A stretch of 64,000 nucleotides of DNA from Eledone cirrhosa. Lineage: Eukaryota. Every line of letters starts with the position of its first letter. Within the stretch, counting starts at the first letter, position 1. The notes beneath the pieces are model-generated. The model worked only from the letters and a program-made list of their open reading frames with translations, had not been told where the DNA came from and ran no database searches. The stretch spans positions 76,880,001 through 76,944,000 of the forward strand of contig OZ024740.1 in NCBI GenBank assembly GCA_964016885.1. Reading direction: 5' to 3'. Shown here one piece after another: positions 12,410-27,274 of this stretch. A program made the translations under genes and the position numbers.

Positions 12410-12630
12410 TGGTGATGGACTGACAGAATTGGTAGAGTGTCGGACAAAATGTTACTGTGGCATTCGTACTGGCTCTTTACATTCTGAGTTCAAATGTCAC
12501 CAAGATCAACTTTGCCTCCCATCCTTCCATGATCAATAAACTATTGTACCAGTCAAGGAATGGGGTTGATTTAATCAATTTTGCCTTTCTCTCAAATTTC
12601 AGGCCTTGTGCCTGAATGAGAAATCAATAG
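12410..12630 (+). mobile_element. Old Deu/Nin-type SINE
   Basis: CTGAGTTCAAATGTCACCAAGATCAACTTTGCCTCCCATCCTTCCATGATCAATAAA...GGCCTTGTGCC; a diverged copy of the family. Confidence 0.7.
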
Positions 12631-13254
12631 TCCTTTCATATTTTTATAGTGACCTTAAAACATATCTGTTTACTCAACTTTTTGCGGGACCCAATTAAAA
12701 CGAGCAAAGCCATAAATGACAACATATAAAAATATCGCAATTTGATACACATCACCGAGTTCACAAATTGAATAAAATAAATGTAAATAATGAAAATCAC
12801 TCATTGACCTCAACAATTATTGAACGAAAAGGCTATTTTTTAAGGTTAAGTCAATAAGAGAAAGGCATTGCACATGGAATATTTTAAAGCTTCCGAGATT
12901 AGTGAGCTAGATAAAGTAAGGAAGGTATACTCAAACTGGATAGTCATGAAATAGCACAAGGCCCTATAATGATATTTAGCCAGACAGCAGATTACGTCTA
13001 GCAATAAGATGGTTCGAACTCACAAGAGAACGACCCTGGAAAAATACAGCAAGGCATCTCGTTTCACTCTCCCAATATTCCACCAATCCACTGGCCTGGA
13101 TCGGTACAATATTTCACTCATACCAAAGGATGAGAGGCGAAAGTGACCAAGGCGTTATTTGAATACTGATTACTAGAAGCCATAATTAGTACCCTCTAAC
13201 ACACACACTCATATATATAACAATATATATATATAACAATATATATATATATAT

Positions 13255-13470
13255 AACGAAGGAAATGTGGTAAGGAACCAGGTGGACCATAACGCACCAA
13301 AGTACTCAATACTTAGGGTAGTAGAGTGGGTAATAGGAACGAGTAGGACCCCGACGGCTGAGCTCAAGCCGTTTCGACGGCTAATTCTGGACTAATTCTG
13401 GACTAAAATATTTTAGTCCAGAATTAGCCGTCGAAACGGCTTGAGCTCAGCCGTCGGGGTCCTACTCGTT

Positions 13471-13473
<3 letters not shown>
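13255..13473 (-). mobile_element. Penelope-like 3' end with zero-spacer fold-back
   Basis: Palindrome of about 13335-13473 centred on GGACTAAAATATTTTAGTCC. Its tail (minus strand CTCTACTACCCTAAGTATTGAGTACTTTGGTGCGTTATGGTCCACCTGG...) is shared with the GIY-YIG-bearing copy at 46176-47828. Confidence 0.75.
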
Positions 13474-13521
<48 letters not shown>

Positions 13522-13825
13522 GGGGGTGGTGATATACGTATATAATTGGCGCTAACTCACTATCTTATTTGCCTTCTTATAGAGATGAGTGTTTACATAG
13601 ACAGGCATACTTACAGGCATTACAAACAGGATAGTACTCGATGCTCAATGAAATGTAGAATGGATATATTAAAGAATTAAAATCCCAACACCGAGCCCAA
13701 ATTGTTTCAACTTCGTCGTGCAAATATATATATATTCCCCTTAGCACTTAAATATCATAAGATTTTTAAAAGAAACACGGTTATAAAAAAATTATATAAG
13801 TTTATATATATACATATATGAGTGC

Positions 13826-13874
<49 letters not shown>

Positions 13875-14108
13875 TGTACCTACGTACGTGTGTGCGTGTG
13901 TGTGTGTGTGTCTGTCTAAAATAATATACATGTATATTCATTTTATTATAGAAATGACTTCTACAGGAGTAGAACTGTTTCATTTGTAAGAAATCATCAT
14001 GATTTTTCTAATGATTTCTTACAAATGAAACAATTCTATTCTTGTGGAAGTCATTTCTATAATATAGATATATATTATTTGCAACACAGTAATATATGAT
14101 TATGCATA

Positions 14109-14693
14109 CGAACGGTCTTCAAAAAATTCGTGGAAAAAGTACATAGTAAAAATCATATGCAGGGGTTTTGATCTCAATACACATATACGTTCTTGTACTA
14201 ACGTGTCATAACATGTTCTAACATGAATCCGTTAAAGCATATTGCAACGTGACGCAGCCAGTCGGAAGTCAGTACTCACTCCAGCAACATGGCCTTCATC
14301 AAAACATCAAATTCATGGTGAAGCTATGGCGGAAGAGCAGCCAAATCAGTGACGTTCTAGAGCAAGTTTATGGGGACAATGCTCGAAAGAACCTACAACT
14401 GGAACAGTCGTTTTAGAAGTGGAAGTGATGAGGTTTTAGAAATGGAACAGTCGTTTTAGAAGTGGAAGTGATTAGGTTCAAGATGATCCCCAGTTGAAAA
14501 TGTAAAAAGAAACTGCTTTGACATGGTTTAAATTCCATGGCCATCAGTTTTACACAAGATGAACATAAAGGCTGGTATCAACGCTTGTAGAAGTTTATTG
14601 ACCTAGATGGAGCATATTTTGAAAAATAAACATCATAACTTAAACCGCTTTTTCCAACTGTCCCTCTTCCACGAAATGTTTGAAGCCCTCTCG
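14109..14693 (+). mobile_element. Internally deleted mariner (Hsmar2-like) transposon
   Basis: Imperfect TIRs CGAACGGTCTTCAAAAAATTCGTGGAA / rc CGAGAGGGCTTCAAACATTTCGTGGAA with TA target duplication. Transposase remnants IKFMVKL..LEQVYGDNA and KGWYQRL*KFIDLDGAYFEK*. Confidence 0.85.
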
Positions 14694-14867
14694 TACACAG
14701 ACACATGACTACATTTATATATACATATATAGTAATATATAAATATACATTTATTGGTATACAAACACTCCCTTTAACATATATATATAGTTACATAATA
14801 TTGTACACAGAATTCTAAAAACTCGTACATAAGAAAAATAATTCATACTTCACACAATCGGGATACA

Positions 14868-14928
<61 letters not shown>

Positions 14929-15026
14929 CGAACACGTTGTGTGGAAAATATATGTGTTACTGTTATTTTAGCACTGAGCATGCGTAAAGTCTATGTTCGA
15001 ACGGAAAGTATTCCTATCATATTAAT

Positions 15027-15212
15027 TGTTTCTACTTTTGACACAAGGCCAGCAATTACCCCAGTGCATTACTGGTGCTTTATTTTATCGACCCCGTAAG
15101 GATGAAAGGCATAGTTAACCTCTGTGGGGGTTGAAATTAGACCGTGAAGGGCCGAAACTCTGTGTTGCAAAGCATGGCATCAGACTCTCTACCGATACCG
15201 CCAATCCACCGC
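15027..15212 (-). mobile_element. Deu/Nin-type SINE
   Basis: Family motifs are present. Approximate TSD CCTAT(C/A)ATATTAAT at 15013 and 15213. Confidence 0.85.
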
Positions 15213-15610
15213 CCTATAATATTAATACGCTATAAAACTTCTACATAACTTGTAGTGTGTGTGAATGCATGTTTTTATGTATATGTGTATGTTGTCAAAA
15301 GGTTCCGAAACGGTACGTCCAAGAGAAAAACGGATTTGATTTTTGAAATCTGCGTCCCAAGAAGAAAGTGTTGGTTATTAGTATTCAAAAAAATAATCTG
15401 CTAACAGAAATAACTCAATATTCAGATCGCCAAAAATTGAATGTCTTTAGAAGCCACCATCTTAAATTCATGATTACCTGAATGTGTGTATGTTCGAGAT
15501 TATGTGCGTGTTAGTGTAGGTGTGTGTGCGTATGTGTGTGTGTGTATGTGTGTGTGTGTATGTGTGTGTGTAAGTGTGTGCCAGTGGTAGTATATTAAAA
15601 TAACAGATTA

Positions 15611-15710
15611 AAGTTTAAGCAAAGAATTGCTGCTTCCACCCTTAACGGGATCTTCTGAAAAAGTTTAAGCAAAGAATTGCTGCTTCCACCCTTAACGGGA
15701 TCTTCTGAAA
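15611..15710. repeat. Perfect 50-bp tandem duplication
   Basis: AAGTTTAAGCAAAGAATTGCTGCTTCCACCCTTAACGGGATCTTCTGAAA occurs twice in tandem. Confidence 0.95.
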
Positions 15711-16140
15711 CTAAAAAAATCAATCAGCTCTATGGTTTTATATATTTTGATATATATATATTATCCCTATCAAGCCCTCTTCGGATATTATCTTCACATT
15801 TATTATTATTATTACTATATATTTTAATATATATATATATATATATATAAAAGCAAATAACGAAACGAAATTAAATTTCGTTTCGCTTCTAACTCACTTT
15901 TGTATGACTGACGCTTAAACAATTAAGTTAAAGTGTACATCTACATATGTATACGGAAGTACTAGTATGCATATAAATACACACATGTATACATATGTAC
16001 ATGTACTGAGTTTTTCACTAGGCACTTTACAGTGAGTGTCCAGCTAGTCTGTATGTAACCACACAGACGGACCGGGTTTTAGAGTCATACGAGTTTTCAA
16101 GGAAACACATTTCCTCTATTCTCCAGAGAGCCAGACAGGA

Positions 16141-16183
16141 ATATTGAACTAGTTTCGATGTTATTACATCTCATCAGCAATAT
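16141..16183 (-). ncRNA. Minimal type I hammerhead (GUU triplet)
   Basis: Minus strand: ATATTG CTGATGA GATGT AATA ACATC GAAAC TA GTT CAATAT. Confidence 0.88.
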
Positions 16184-16409
16184 ATAATATATTTAACTTA
16201 ATTGTTTAAGCGTCAGTCATACAAAAGTGAGTTAGAAGCGAAACGAAATTTAATTTCGTTTCGTTATTTGTTTTTATCGTTTCCGCTGAACCGGTGCGTA
16301 CAATGACTCACGTTCTATGCAAATTAGTCTACCCACTACTAATTTTCATAGAAAAAGCATATAACGATATGTGCTTTTACAATTCTCTAGAGAAGCCGGA
16401 AGATGGGTA

Positions 16410-16454
16410 AATATTGCTGATGAGATGTAATAACATCGAAACTAGTCCAATATT
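16410..16454 (+). ncRNA. Minimal type I hammerhead (GUC triplet)
   Basis: AATATTG CTGATGA GATGT AATA ACATC GAAAC TA GTC CAATATT. Perfect stems I and II; palindromic ACTAGT stem III (dimer type). Confidence 0.92.
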
Positions 16455-16891
16455 CCTGTCTGGCTCTCTGGAGAATAGAGGAAATGTGTTTCCTTGAAAA
16501 CTCGTATGACTCTAAAACCCGGTCCGTCTGTGTGGTTACATACAGACTAGCTGGACACTCACTGTAAAGTGCCTAGTGAAAAACTCAGTACATGTACATA
16601 TGTATACATGTGTGTATTTATATGCATACTAGTACTTCCGTATACATATGTAGATGTACACTTTAAATTAATTATATATATATATATATATATAAAACAC
16701 AAATTTAGATACTTTTGAAAACCAATCAATGCATTAGGAAGAGCAATTTAATGATTATTAAATTTGTTAAGGTAAGATTCTTTTGTTATCTTGGTGATTT
16801 AATGTTCTTCCTAATGCATTGTTTGGTTTTCAAAGTTATTTGAATTTGTGTTTCCTATTCAACAATGCTTCAAGCAAGCTACAAATCTCTG

Positions 16892-16929
<38 letters not shown>

Positions 16930-17091
16930 GTGTGTGTGTGTGTGCGTGTGTGTGTGTATGAACGTATTTGTGTATGCGTGTGTATATATGTATATGCATA
17001 TGTGTGTGTGTATATATGTATGTATATGTATATATATATGTGTGTGTGTGAGTGTGTGTATGTATGTATGTGTGTGTGTATATGTATGTAT

Positions 17092-17127
<36 letters not shown>

Positions 17128-17244
17128 GTGTGAATATGTATGTATAAGAGATGTCAACATGAATGGACCTGTTATTTTTATCTAAAGACATTTTTTCCAA
17201 TTCCATCCCGCCCGTCCCCTCAATCTATTTTATTTCTCATTCTT

Positions 17245-17280
17245 TCTTCTGGTGAAGGACTAGCATCCGAAACGTTAAGA
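17245..17280 (+). ncRNA. Minimal hammerhead motif (mutated core CTGGTGA)
   Basis: TCTT CTGGTGA A GGAC TAGC ATCC GAAAC GTT AAGA. Paralog of 8440-8475. Confidence 0.65.
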
Positions 17281-17347
17281 CCCTCTTCCTAATATATCCC
17301 TTCCATATACTGTACCGATTCTGTTGTTATTTATGTTTACCTTTTAC

Positions 17348-17380
<33 letters not shown>

Positions 17381-17769
17381 CGTGTGTGTGTGTGCATGCG
17401 TGTGTGTATATATATATATATGTGTATATGTGTGTATGTGTGTATGTAGTTGTATATGTGTATATATGAGTATATATGTATATGAGTGTGTGTTTGTGCG
17501 TGTGCGTGTGTGTGGGAGTGAAGGCATGTGTGTGTGTATGTGAGAGAGATTGTAGGCACCTGACCATTTCAGCAGAGCTACCAATGAATAGCCATTGTTA
17601 GCTTAAGTAAACCTTAAAAATTAGTGAACGCGTCTAACAGAATTTTTTCAGCCTTTGTTACTTTAAATATAGTTTTTAAAGAATTCTCTTTTCTTTAAAC
17701 CCATCAATCTCTACCCATTCCAATCACCACCCTCTCCTACCACCAGAAAAGGTATAAATACTTAGACAG

Positions 17770-17905
17770 TCGGCTTCCTGATGATTTCTCCCGAATGAAA
17801 CATTTCTAGTCCTGTAGAAGCCATTTCTATATTAAATATTTATACTCTGCTATGTATTGAGTACCTTACTTATTGTGGTTACCCCCGTTTGAACCCGGGA
17901 TAAAC
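17770..17905 (+). mobile_element. Penelope-like 3' end with degenerate HHR
   Basis: CTGATGA TTTC TCCC GAAT GAAAC ...GTATTGAGTACCTTACTTATTG. Related copies at 27655-27790 (minus strand) and in palindrome 13942-14065. Confidence 0.55.
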
Positions 17906-17970
17906 TTATATATATATAGTCCAGAAATAGCCGCCGAAACGGTGAGCTCTGCCGTCGGGGTCTTCAACTT

Positions 17971-18002
<32 letters not shown>

Positions 18003-18318
18003 TGAACAGATTGGCGTTATCGCATCTCATCATTTCTCAAATCATACCCCCACCCCCTATTATCACCACATTTAAACTCTCAACGCATCACACCATCTCC
18101 ATCTTTACCACCAGATATATCGCACCACACCAACATTCATTCAATTTCTCAATCTTTTTCTTCTTTCTACTTCTTATCTTCCCCTCTCCCACCTCTTCAT
18201 TTATTTTTTCTTCCCAAAACAACCAATAAAAACAAACAAAAACTGATAACCCCAAATGAATAAAAACAGATATTTTTTATAACGATGTACGCGAAACATT
18301 TCGTCATTAAGCAAACAG

Positions 18319-18405
18319 AAGTCTGATGAGCTTTTGATTCCAGATTCAGGTCTGATCGATAGAGTTCGAACCTTGAGCTGATCAGTCGCGAAACGCGCGT
18401 CCAAC
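18319..18405 (+). ncRNA. Hammerhead motif with long stem II insert
   Basis: CTGATGA GC...GC GAAA CGCGCG TC, then AATAAA at 18409. Palindromic stem III; stem I pairs poorly. Confidence 0.6.
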
Positions 18406-18555
18406 GTGAATAAATTTAATGAAAATTTGACACCTCGTCCATATTTATATAAATCTCTCTCTATATATGTATACTTATATAATATATATATATATACATA
18501 CACACACATATATATATATTTATATATATATGCACACATATACACACACACACAT

Positions 18556-18622
<67 letters not shown>

Positions 18623-18829
18623 AATTATTTTCATCAATATACAAGATATCGATCGCATTTTATGGTATATGCCCAGGTCAACAGGAATGCTAAAACTAGT
18701 TTATGATTAGGTTGTTATGCCAGCTCAATTAAATTAAATCTCTAAAGAACTTTTTCAGGAGCAGAAATACAATATGTCATAAATGACGTTGGGATTTACC
18801 CCCAAAACGTTCTTCGAGGCACAAGCCCG

Positions 18830-19090
18830 TGTAAGATGTTTTTGTGGTAGCGCACCAGTCGCCCAAACATGCCAGTCGCCCCTCTCCACATCACCGATGT
18901 TGTTTAAGTGAAAGACAAAGGCCGATACAGCTTAGCGCCAGTGATGTTGCACCTCATTTCTATAGCTGAGTAAACTAGAGCAACGTAAAATAAAGTGTCT
19001 TGCTCAAGGCAGAACATATCGCCCGGTCTGCGAATCGAACTCACAATCTCATAATTGTGAATCCAACTCTCAAAACACTAAGCTACATTG
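18830..19090 (-). mobile_element. Second tRNA-derived SINE family (CORE/V-like domain)
   Basis: Minus strand has B-box GAGTTCGATTCGC followed by CCTTGAGCAAGACACTTTATTTTACGTTGCTCTAGTTTACTCAGCT. Related copies at 60500-60780 and 62110-62200. Confidence 0.7.
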
Positions 19091-19855
19091 TTTCTCTTAT
19101 ATATACATATGTGTATATGTGTATATATATATGTGTGTGCGTGTGTGTGTTTGTGTGAGTGTGTGCGCACGTGTGTGTACGTATATGGGTATGTGCGTAT
19201 GTATATATGTGACTATGTCTGAATCTTTGTATGTATGTTTACATGTATGTATGGATGTATGTTTGTTTGTAAGTATGTATGCACGTATGTATGTATGTAT
19301 GTATCCCATTGTGTTTTCAAAATCACACCGACTTCAAGTTTACATAACCAGGGTCCATTTCAATTAAAAGTTCTTTCCCTCGAAATTGCTGGCGTTTTGC
19401 CTAAATTAGAAAGTATTATTGTCATTTTATTTTATTTATACTATCGTTTCTCTTAGATGTCTAACACCCCTCTATTCCTTTAGTAGTCTTTACCAAATTC
19501 ACGCCATTTTCTCCGCCCACCATCCGACTGATTGTTGGTCAGAATTCGGCAGACGCAGTAACCGGACGTAGCCAGAACCGAGTCCGTTCATCATAATATC
19601 TTTATCTAGAAGACTTAGAGGCATGTACTGAATGAACCCGATTTTGCGTGCATTGCGACATACATTTACATATATATATTCATACACATGGACATAGTTG
19701 CAATTATACACACAGGCACACGCAAGTGTACACACACACTCATGTATGCTAATTTATATGCATATGTAAGTGTGTTTGTGTGTATGCGAATCTCAGAATG
19801 AGTGTATATATATATATACACACCCACTTATATAAATAGATGAATAGATGGGCAG

Positions 19856-19931
<76 letters not shown>

Positions 19932-20092
19932 AGAATATGGTGGCTGTGTAGTTGCTAGTAAGTCAGGCTTAAAAATGGAATGAGAATAAGAAGAAAGCAA
20001 GAACGGGCGAGGGGAGGGGGGATTTTTCCTCGTCAGTTGTCTCCTGGGGGCCTCGGATATTTCAACGCTTTAAATATATATATATATATATA

Positions 20093-20156
<64 letters not shown>

Positions 20157-20548
20157 TGTGTATGTGTGTGTGAGTGTGTGTGTGAGTGTGTGTGTGCGTG
20201 TGCGTTTTTGTGTGGAGTATATATATATAGAGAGAGAGACATGTACGATCGAACTTTCGAAGCGCTAAGATCTGAAGTTCATAAAAAATGTAATAAACTC
20301 AGATGCACAAATATCAGTAAATACACTCATTTACTATAAAATATAGCTTTAAAATTCGAGTAAAATACCCCCATTGACGACAAAAGGTGGTGACATCCTT
20401 AGGGTTATTTTTCCCGTCCTTATGGCTATTTTTCTAAACTCAAGAAAGTGTTTAAATTTAAACAATATATTTGAGAAACGTTGCGGGATGGGAAGTTTTT
20501 GAATTTAAAAGTTAGAAGCATCAACGTCGTGTGACTATGACAAATAAT

Positions 20549-20609
20549 TGTTTCTACCTTTTGGCACAAGGCCAGTAATTACTCAGTACATTACTGGTAC
20601 TTTATTTTA
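20549..20609 (-). mobile_element. Severely 5'-truncated SINE with 22-bp TSD
   Basis: Exact direct repeat TCGTGTGACTATGACAAATAAT at 20527-20548 and 20610-20631. Confidence 0.88.
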
Positions 20610-20958
20610 TCGTGTGACTATGACAAATAATCTAAGTCGGACATATTAACCCGTGTAACGGCGATGTGCAGATGTTTTACCTTCTCCTAGGTTTATATGC
20701 CTAACGTATTAGTCAAACAACGTCGATGATTTTAAATTTCAAATTCAACAGATTAAATAGTTTGAAAGCAGATGTAACGGACTTCCAGCTAGTTATTGTC
20801 ATCAACATCTCCATACGGTTTAAATGAACAGATCTCTGATATCTCAGTAGAGTTATGACCTGGATGCGGCCCAGCTCCCATAGAATGTAAGAAGTGCCGA
20901 AACATTTGCATGAGCAGGATTTCTTCTCTAATGTCCTTCTACCGATAGTTTCTTACCA

Positions 20959-21028
<70 letters not shown>

Positions 21029-21070
21029 TTATATATATACATATATAATGTAATATAATAGAATGTATAT

Positions 21071-21188
21071 ATAATTGTCTCTACTTTTGGCACAAGGCCA
21101 GCAATTTTCCCAGTGCATTACTGGTACTTTATTTTATCGACGCCGTAAGGATGAAAGGCAAAGTTAACCTCGACGGGATTTGAACTCA
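21071..21188 (-). mobile_element. Deu/Nin-type SINE, truncated
   Basis: GGCACAAGGCCAGC...CTGGTACTTTATTTTATCGAC...GGATTTGAACTC. Confidence 0.85.
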
Positions 21189-22199
21189 TATATATATATA
21201 ATACAAATCTATTGCAGAAAAAAGAAGTAGCTACACTCGAATAAAAAGGACTCAATATAAGACATCTGTAGAACAAAAGCTTAATTTTTTTAAAGCTTGT
21301 AATAAGTAATAACGTTTTTACTGATTTAAACACGAGCTAATGTCCAGCCGGAAAGGACATAGATACAATGAGGTTACGTCTTTTGAAAGACACCGTGTTG
21401 CGCACATATGGTTTCTATAGACAACGGACATTGAATGGATGAATGGAGGGATGGATAGGTGAATAGCTGGATGGGTGGCTGGAAGGATGGATGGAAAGAC
21501 GTATGGATTGATGCAGAGATGGATGAATGGATGCAGGGAGAGAGAGATAGATGGATGCGTGGATGGAAGGATAAGGAATGGACTTTGCTATTAGTATTAT
21601 AATTTCGTCTAATATATTGTATATACTGTCATATGAGACTTTTATACTCTTATATTCGATGGTAAGCAATGTTTTTGAATGGTGTAATCCCCTTTAATTC
21701 TGCCAATCAAATCGTCACTGGTTACTAACAAATAGAAGCCACAAAAGTCAATTTTACTTAATCCTTCATTCAAGTTGAAGATCTAAAACCTTTTTTAGTG
21801 GATTTGAAAACTATACGGTTCTAAACTATATATGAGGAACTTAGCCAAAATATGAAGAACACAGTCGTGTTTTAATACATGTTTAAGAGGAAATGCGTTC
21901 TTCATATAAACATAAAAATATGCGAGCAAGAACACAGGCCTGAATATGTACACAGACACACACACACACACATAACAACAAGCACCTTAATCAGCATCAT
22001 CACATACACAAGCTCCAGTACAACCATATCCCACCACACAACACCATACAGCATCAAATACATAAACATACATATAGACTTGGTATCAGAAACAGGAGAA
22101 ATAGGATTCAATGCATAGAAAATAAACAAAATATTTCTTATTTATTAACAGGGAAGTTAGAGAGCTCGCTTAAGTGATACTAAATAAGAAATTTGTATA

Positions 22200-23160
<961 letters not shown>

Positions 23161-23959
23161 GGGGGGGGGTGTTATACAAACATATTTTTCATACAGAAAG
23201 GAAGGGCTCTAAATGCATATAAGTGTAACAAAACAAATATATAAGACAGATACATAAATATATGAATAAATATATGAATAAACATACATATATACATACA
23301 TATACTTGCATACACACACACACACACAATACATCCATGCATATATATATAGACATATACATACACATAACTGCATACATAAAACATAGAAATGCATAAC
23401 TGCTTTCATGCAAACAAATATTCTGCCAGAAGACGAAAAGAAGGTATCTTTTAACAGGCCTTTTAATATAACTCTACCCTTTGGTTACCTGAGTATGCTG
23501 TTGGTATCGCTAGTATTGGTGGGAGATTGTGGACAGAGACGGGGAAGGAAACAATGCAGAATTGAGGGTTTACTAACGAGAAAACTATGAATGCATAATA
23601 TCATAATACTGCGAACAATAAAGAAAATGGGGCAAGATAGTGAGAATGTGAGAAATCGAGAAAATAAGAGAGGGGACTAGAGAATGAAAGAAGGGGGTAA
23701 GAGAGAGAAAGAGAATGAGAGACAAACAGGTAGGTAAGCGGGTGAGTAACAAACTTTTCAAAACACGAAACCTTAATTCCTTTGAAGGATACAACGGCAG
23801 GATGTGAGGCCTCCATTTTGTTTCTATACATATACAATGGGAAGAGAATATCTGAGGAACAAAAGATTTCACCTCACCCTTAAATGGCGAGAACCCTTTT
23901 CCTTACATAACTAATGCACACACACAGATACTCATTATATATATATATATATATATATG

Positions 23960-25883
23960 TTTTCTCTTTCTCTTAATTTTGAGTATATTTTTTTGACCGG
24001 CCACCTTCCTGGTGGCAAGGTTGTAAAAGAAAAGAAATTGTCATCCCTTGAATCGCAAGAATGTTTTGCAAATTTTGAAGGTGCCAGCTATCGCAGCCAT
24101 TTGTAGACTATGAATTAGGGAGCTGCGCTTTTTGTCCACAAATCCAAGTTCAGTCATACTTTGGTCCAAGCGGGTTGGTAGCACCAATAATGATGGGTAT
24201 GAAGCTAAAGGTGTATCTTGGATACTGGATTTGTAAACTCCTCATCAATGGTCCGTAGATGTCCTCCTTCTCCTGTATTTTTCTGACAACGTTTACATCA
24301 AGTGGGCAGCTGATCTCCACAACAGAACACGTTTTCAATGTGTGGTCCCAAACTACAATATCAGGCCGGTTGTGCTTTAATTTGGTGGCAGTTTTTATTT
24401 TCAGGTTCCACCAGTATTCCTTAGTGCCATCTGTCTCAATATATTCTTCCTCGTTTGTTGTTAATTTTGTTTTCCGAAGTGCGTTCCAGATGGTTCTAGC
24501 TATCCCATCGTGTCTCATGGGGAGGTAGTAGCGAGATGACATTCTTTCGCAGCTGGCAACAATGTGGCTTACATCCTCGATCTTTGTTTTACATAGCCTA
24601 CATTTATTGTCAGCTGCACAAAATATCTTTTGTGCAGCAGATATTTGGTAGGGAGTTCTTGTTCCTGTATTGCATAGAGATATCCCTCAAGGTGTGATGT
24701 CATAAACTTGTCGGAACTCCATGCCAGGCTTTTTGAGTGGTTTATCCCCTCTATGGTCTGTGTTTTACGCCTCAAGTATCCATGCACAACTTTTTCTGTA
24801 AATTGGTCAATTTTTTTTATCTTGTTTGAACATTGAATAGGATCTTCCGATTTCTCTGGGTGAGAGATTTATATCAGGCTTTATTCCATATCTCTCCTCC
24901 AGATCAGTCGCTATTCTAATGATATTTCTTTTTTCATGGTCATAAACCTGGGCAAGATGGTTGCCAACCTTTTTCCTCTGTTGAAGGTGTTGCTTCAGTG
25001 TCACTATCCGGGTCTCATATGTTGTTAATATTGATTTTAGACCCCGGCCACCTTCCTTGCGTGAGAAGTATAGCCTATCCACATCACCATTGATGTTAAA
25101 GTTCCCAGTAATACTGAGAAGTTTTCGAGTTCTAACATCCATCTCACTTAGTTCTTGCAATGACCAGTTCAGTAGGCCAAATGTTGGCGTTAGAATTGGC
25201 ACAGCATAAGTATTGTGGGCAATGTATTTGTTGTATGCTGACAGTTCTGATGACCATATTTTCTTTACTCTTCTGAGGTATTCAGTTCTGGTTCTCTCCT
25301 TATATATGGGTCCATCATATCTGACATTCTCATCCTGTCCAAGATATCTGTAGTTGTCACCTGACTGCAGAGGTTGTATTGTCAGGCCGTTCATCTCTAG
25401 ATTTCTAGAGGAGGGCACAGCTCTTCCACGTTTTACTGCCAAATATGCACACTTGGACTCACCAAATTTCATTTTGATGTCGGTTGAAAATTGTGTAATG
25501 AGGTCCAATTGTTTCTTGATGTCATTGATATTTGGCCCATACAACTTCAGGTCATCAACAAAGAAAAGATGGGAGATACTTCTGGTCCCACTTCTTTGTC
25601 CACCTTGTTTCCTGAGTAGGTAAGATAGTGGATTCAGTGAGAAAACGAAGAGTAGCACTGACAAGCTATCACCCTGAAAGATGCCCTTCTGGTAATGTAT
25701 CTTATCAGTCTTAACCTGCTCCTTCTCACCCCTAAGGATCAAACTGGTGTACCAGTCCTTGGTCAGGCGTTCAACAGCAGCTACCAATGGTTGTGGGACT
25801 TTAGCTAACTGTAAAGCCTTAACAATCCACCCATGAGGTACACTATCAAATGCTTTTTGATAGTCCAGCCACACGACAGTCAT
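23960..25883 (-). pseudogene. 5'-truncated, frameshifted R4-clade (RLE) non-LTR retrotransposon
   Basis: RT motifs WLDYQKAFDSVPH, GIFQGDSLS and HLFFVDDLKLY. RLE motifs RHD, HNRPDIVV and VVEISCP. Split over ORFs 24807-25883, 24569-24787 and 24150-24542. Confidence 0.92.
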
Positions 25884-25930
25884 ATATACATGTATGTATG
25901 TATGTATGTATGTGTGTGTATATATGTATG

Positions 25931-25969
<39 letters not shown>

Positions 25970-26110
25970 TATTTTTATTTATTTTATTTCTTTTATTTAT
26001 TTATTTATTATTATTTTTTTTTTTTCTATCTCCTCGTGCAATGGCCATACTCGATAACGAGGGGGCAGCCATCATATGTCTATATACCTGTATATATATA
26101 TATATATATG

Positions 26111-26182
<72 letters not shown>

Positions 26183-26442
26183 TATATATATATATAATTA
26201 TATATATATTATAAATATACACATTCCATATGTGCATGTGTGTATTGACATCGTGGGAATGAGTAGAGTACTGAAAACCATAATAGAGAATATCATAATC
26301 TTTATTAATGGTAAGCTTGAGACTTAATACTCTGGATTTACTCCTATGTAATTACAAGGTGTGAGACGGCTCTGTATATATACGGTAGAAACTGCAAGAG
26401 AACCTGGCCTTAATAATTGATATATGCAAATACGCACACACA

Positions 26443-26584
<142 letters not shown>

Positions 26585-26724
26585 ATGTATATTCCCTCTG
26601 ATAGTTTGTAAACATTTTAAATAGATCTATATGATATACATACCAACACACACATATATATCCTAGAAACGATCGTAAAATGATGAATTTTTTAATATAA
26701 GGAACTGTTTCTTTGTTTTTATTC

Positions 26725-26802
<78 letters not shown>

Positions 26803-26869
26803 CAAGGTTTAGCAAATAAGAAAATGTTTTAAAATAACTTTTAAAAAATTCACTGTACCTGCTATGGTT

Positions 26870-26955
26870 ACCTTTACCGTACGGTTTCGAGTCTCAAAAA
26901 TAAATGGATAGTCCTTAAAGGCCTCAATTGAAAAGAAAAACTCTCGTCAGAAGGT
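26870..26955 (-). ncRNA. Type I hammerhead (mirror copy)
   Basis: Minus strand: ACCTT CTGACGA GAGT...ACTC GAAA CCGTACGG TA AAGGT. Confidence 0.85.
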
Positions 26956-27274
26956 TCTTTTCACTCGGAGAATATAAAATTCCCGAGTTCGAATTACGAA
27001 CTGGCGCTATTCAAAATTGTTCCCGAGATGAGAATGAATGAAGTAGAAGCAATTCTGTCCAGTGCCGTGTGCAAAGATAGAAGCAGAGAGGTCAATCTAC
27101 TACCACTATAAATAGCAGCAGTCAAAACGACCAAATGTTATCTCGACCAGGGCGAGATTAATAATAATAAAGTATATATCCCTATACGCAAAATACATAT
27201 AGGGACACATGTATTATCCAACCATATTTCCAATGTGTTTCTATGGCAGGTTAATAAATTAACGAGTGAAAAGA

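Larger units (their letters stand above)
15851..16666. mobile_element. Circularly permuted HHR module (about 475-bp unit) plus inverted partial copy
   Basis: 15851-16183 is the reverse complement of [16411-16666 joined to 16192-16271]. Flanked by (TA)n. Confidence 0.8.

Noticed and set aside
20240-20935. Possible mariner-like remnant starting TACGATCG
   Set aside because: No convincing matching TIR or transposase motif could be read by eye.
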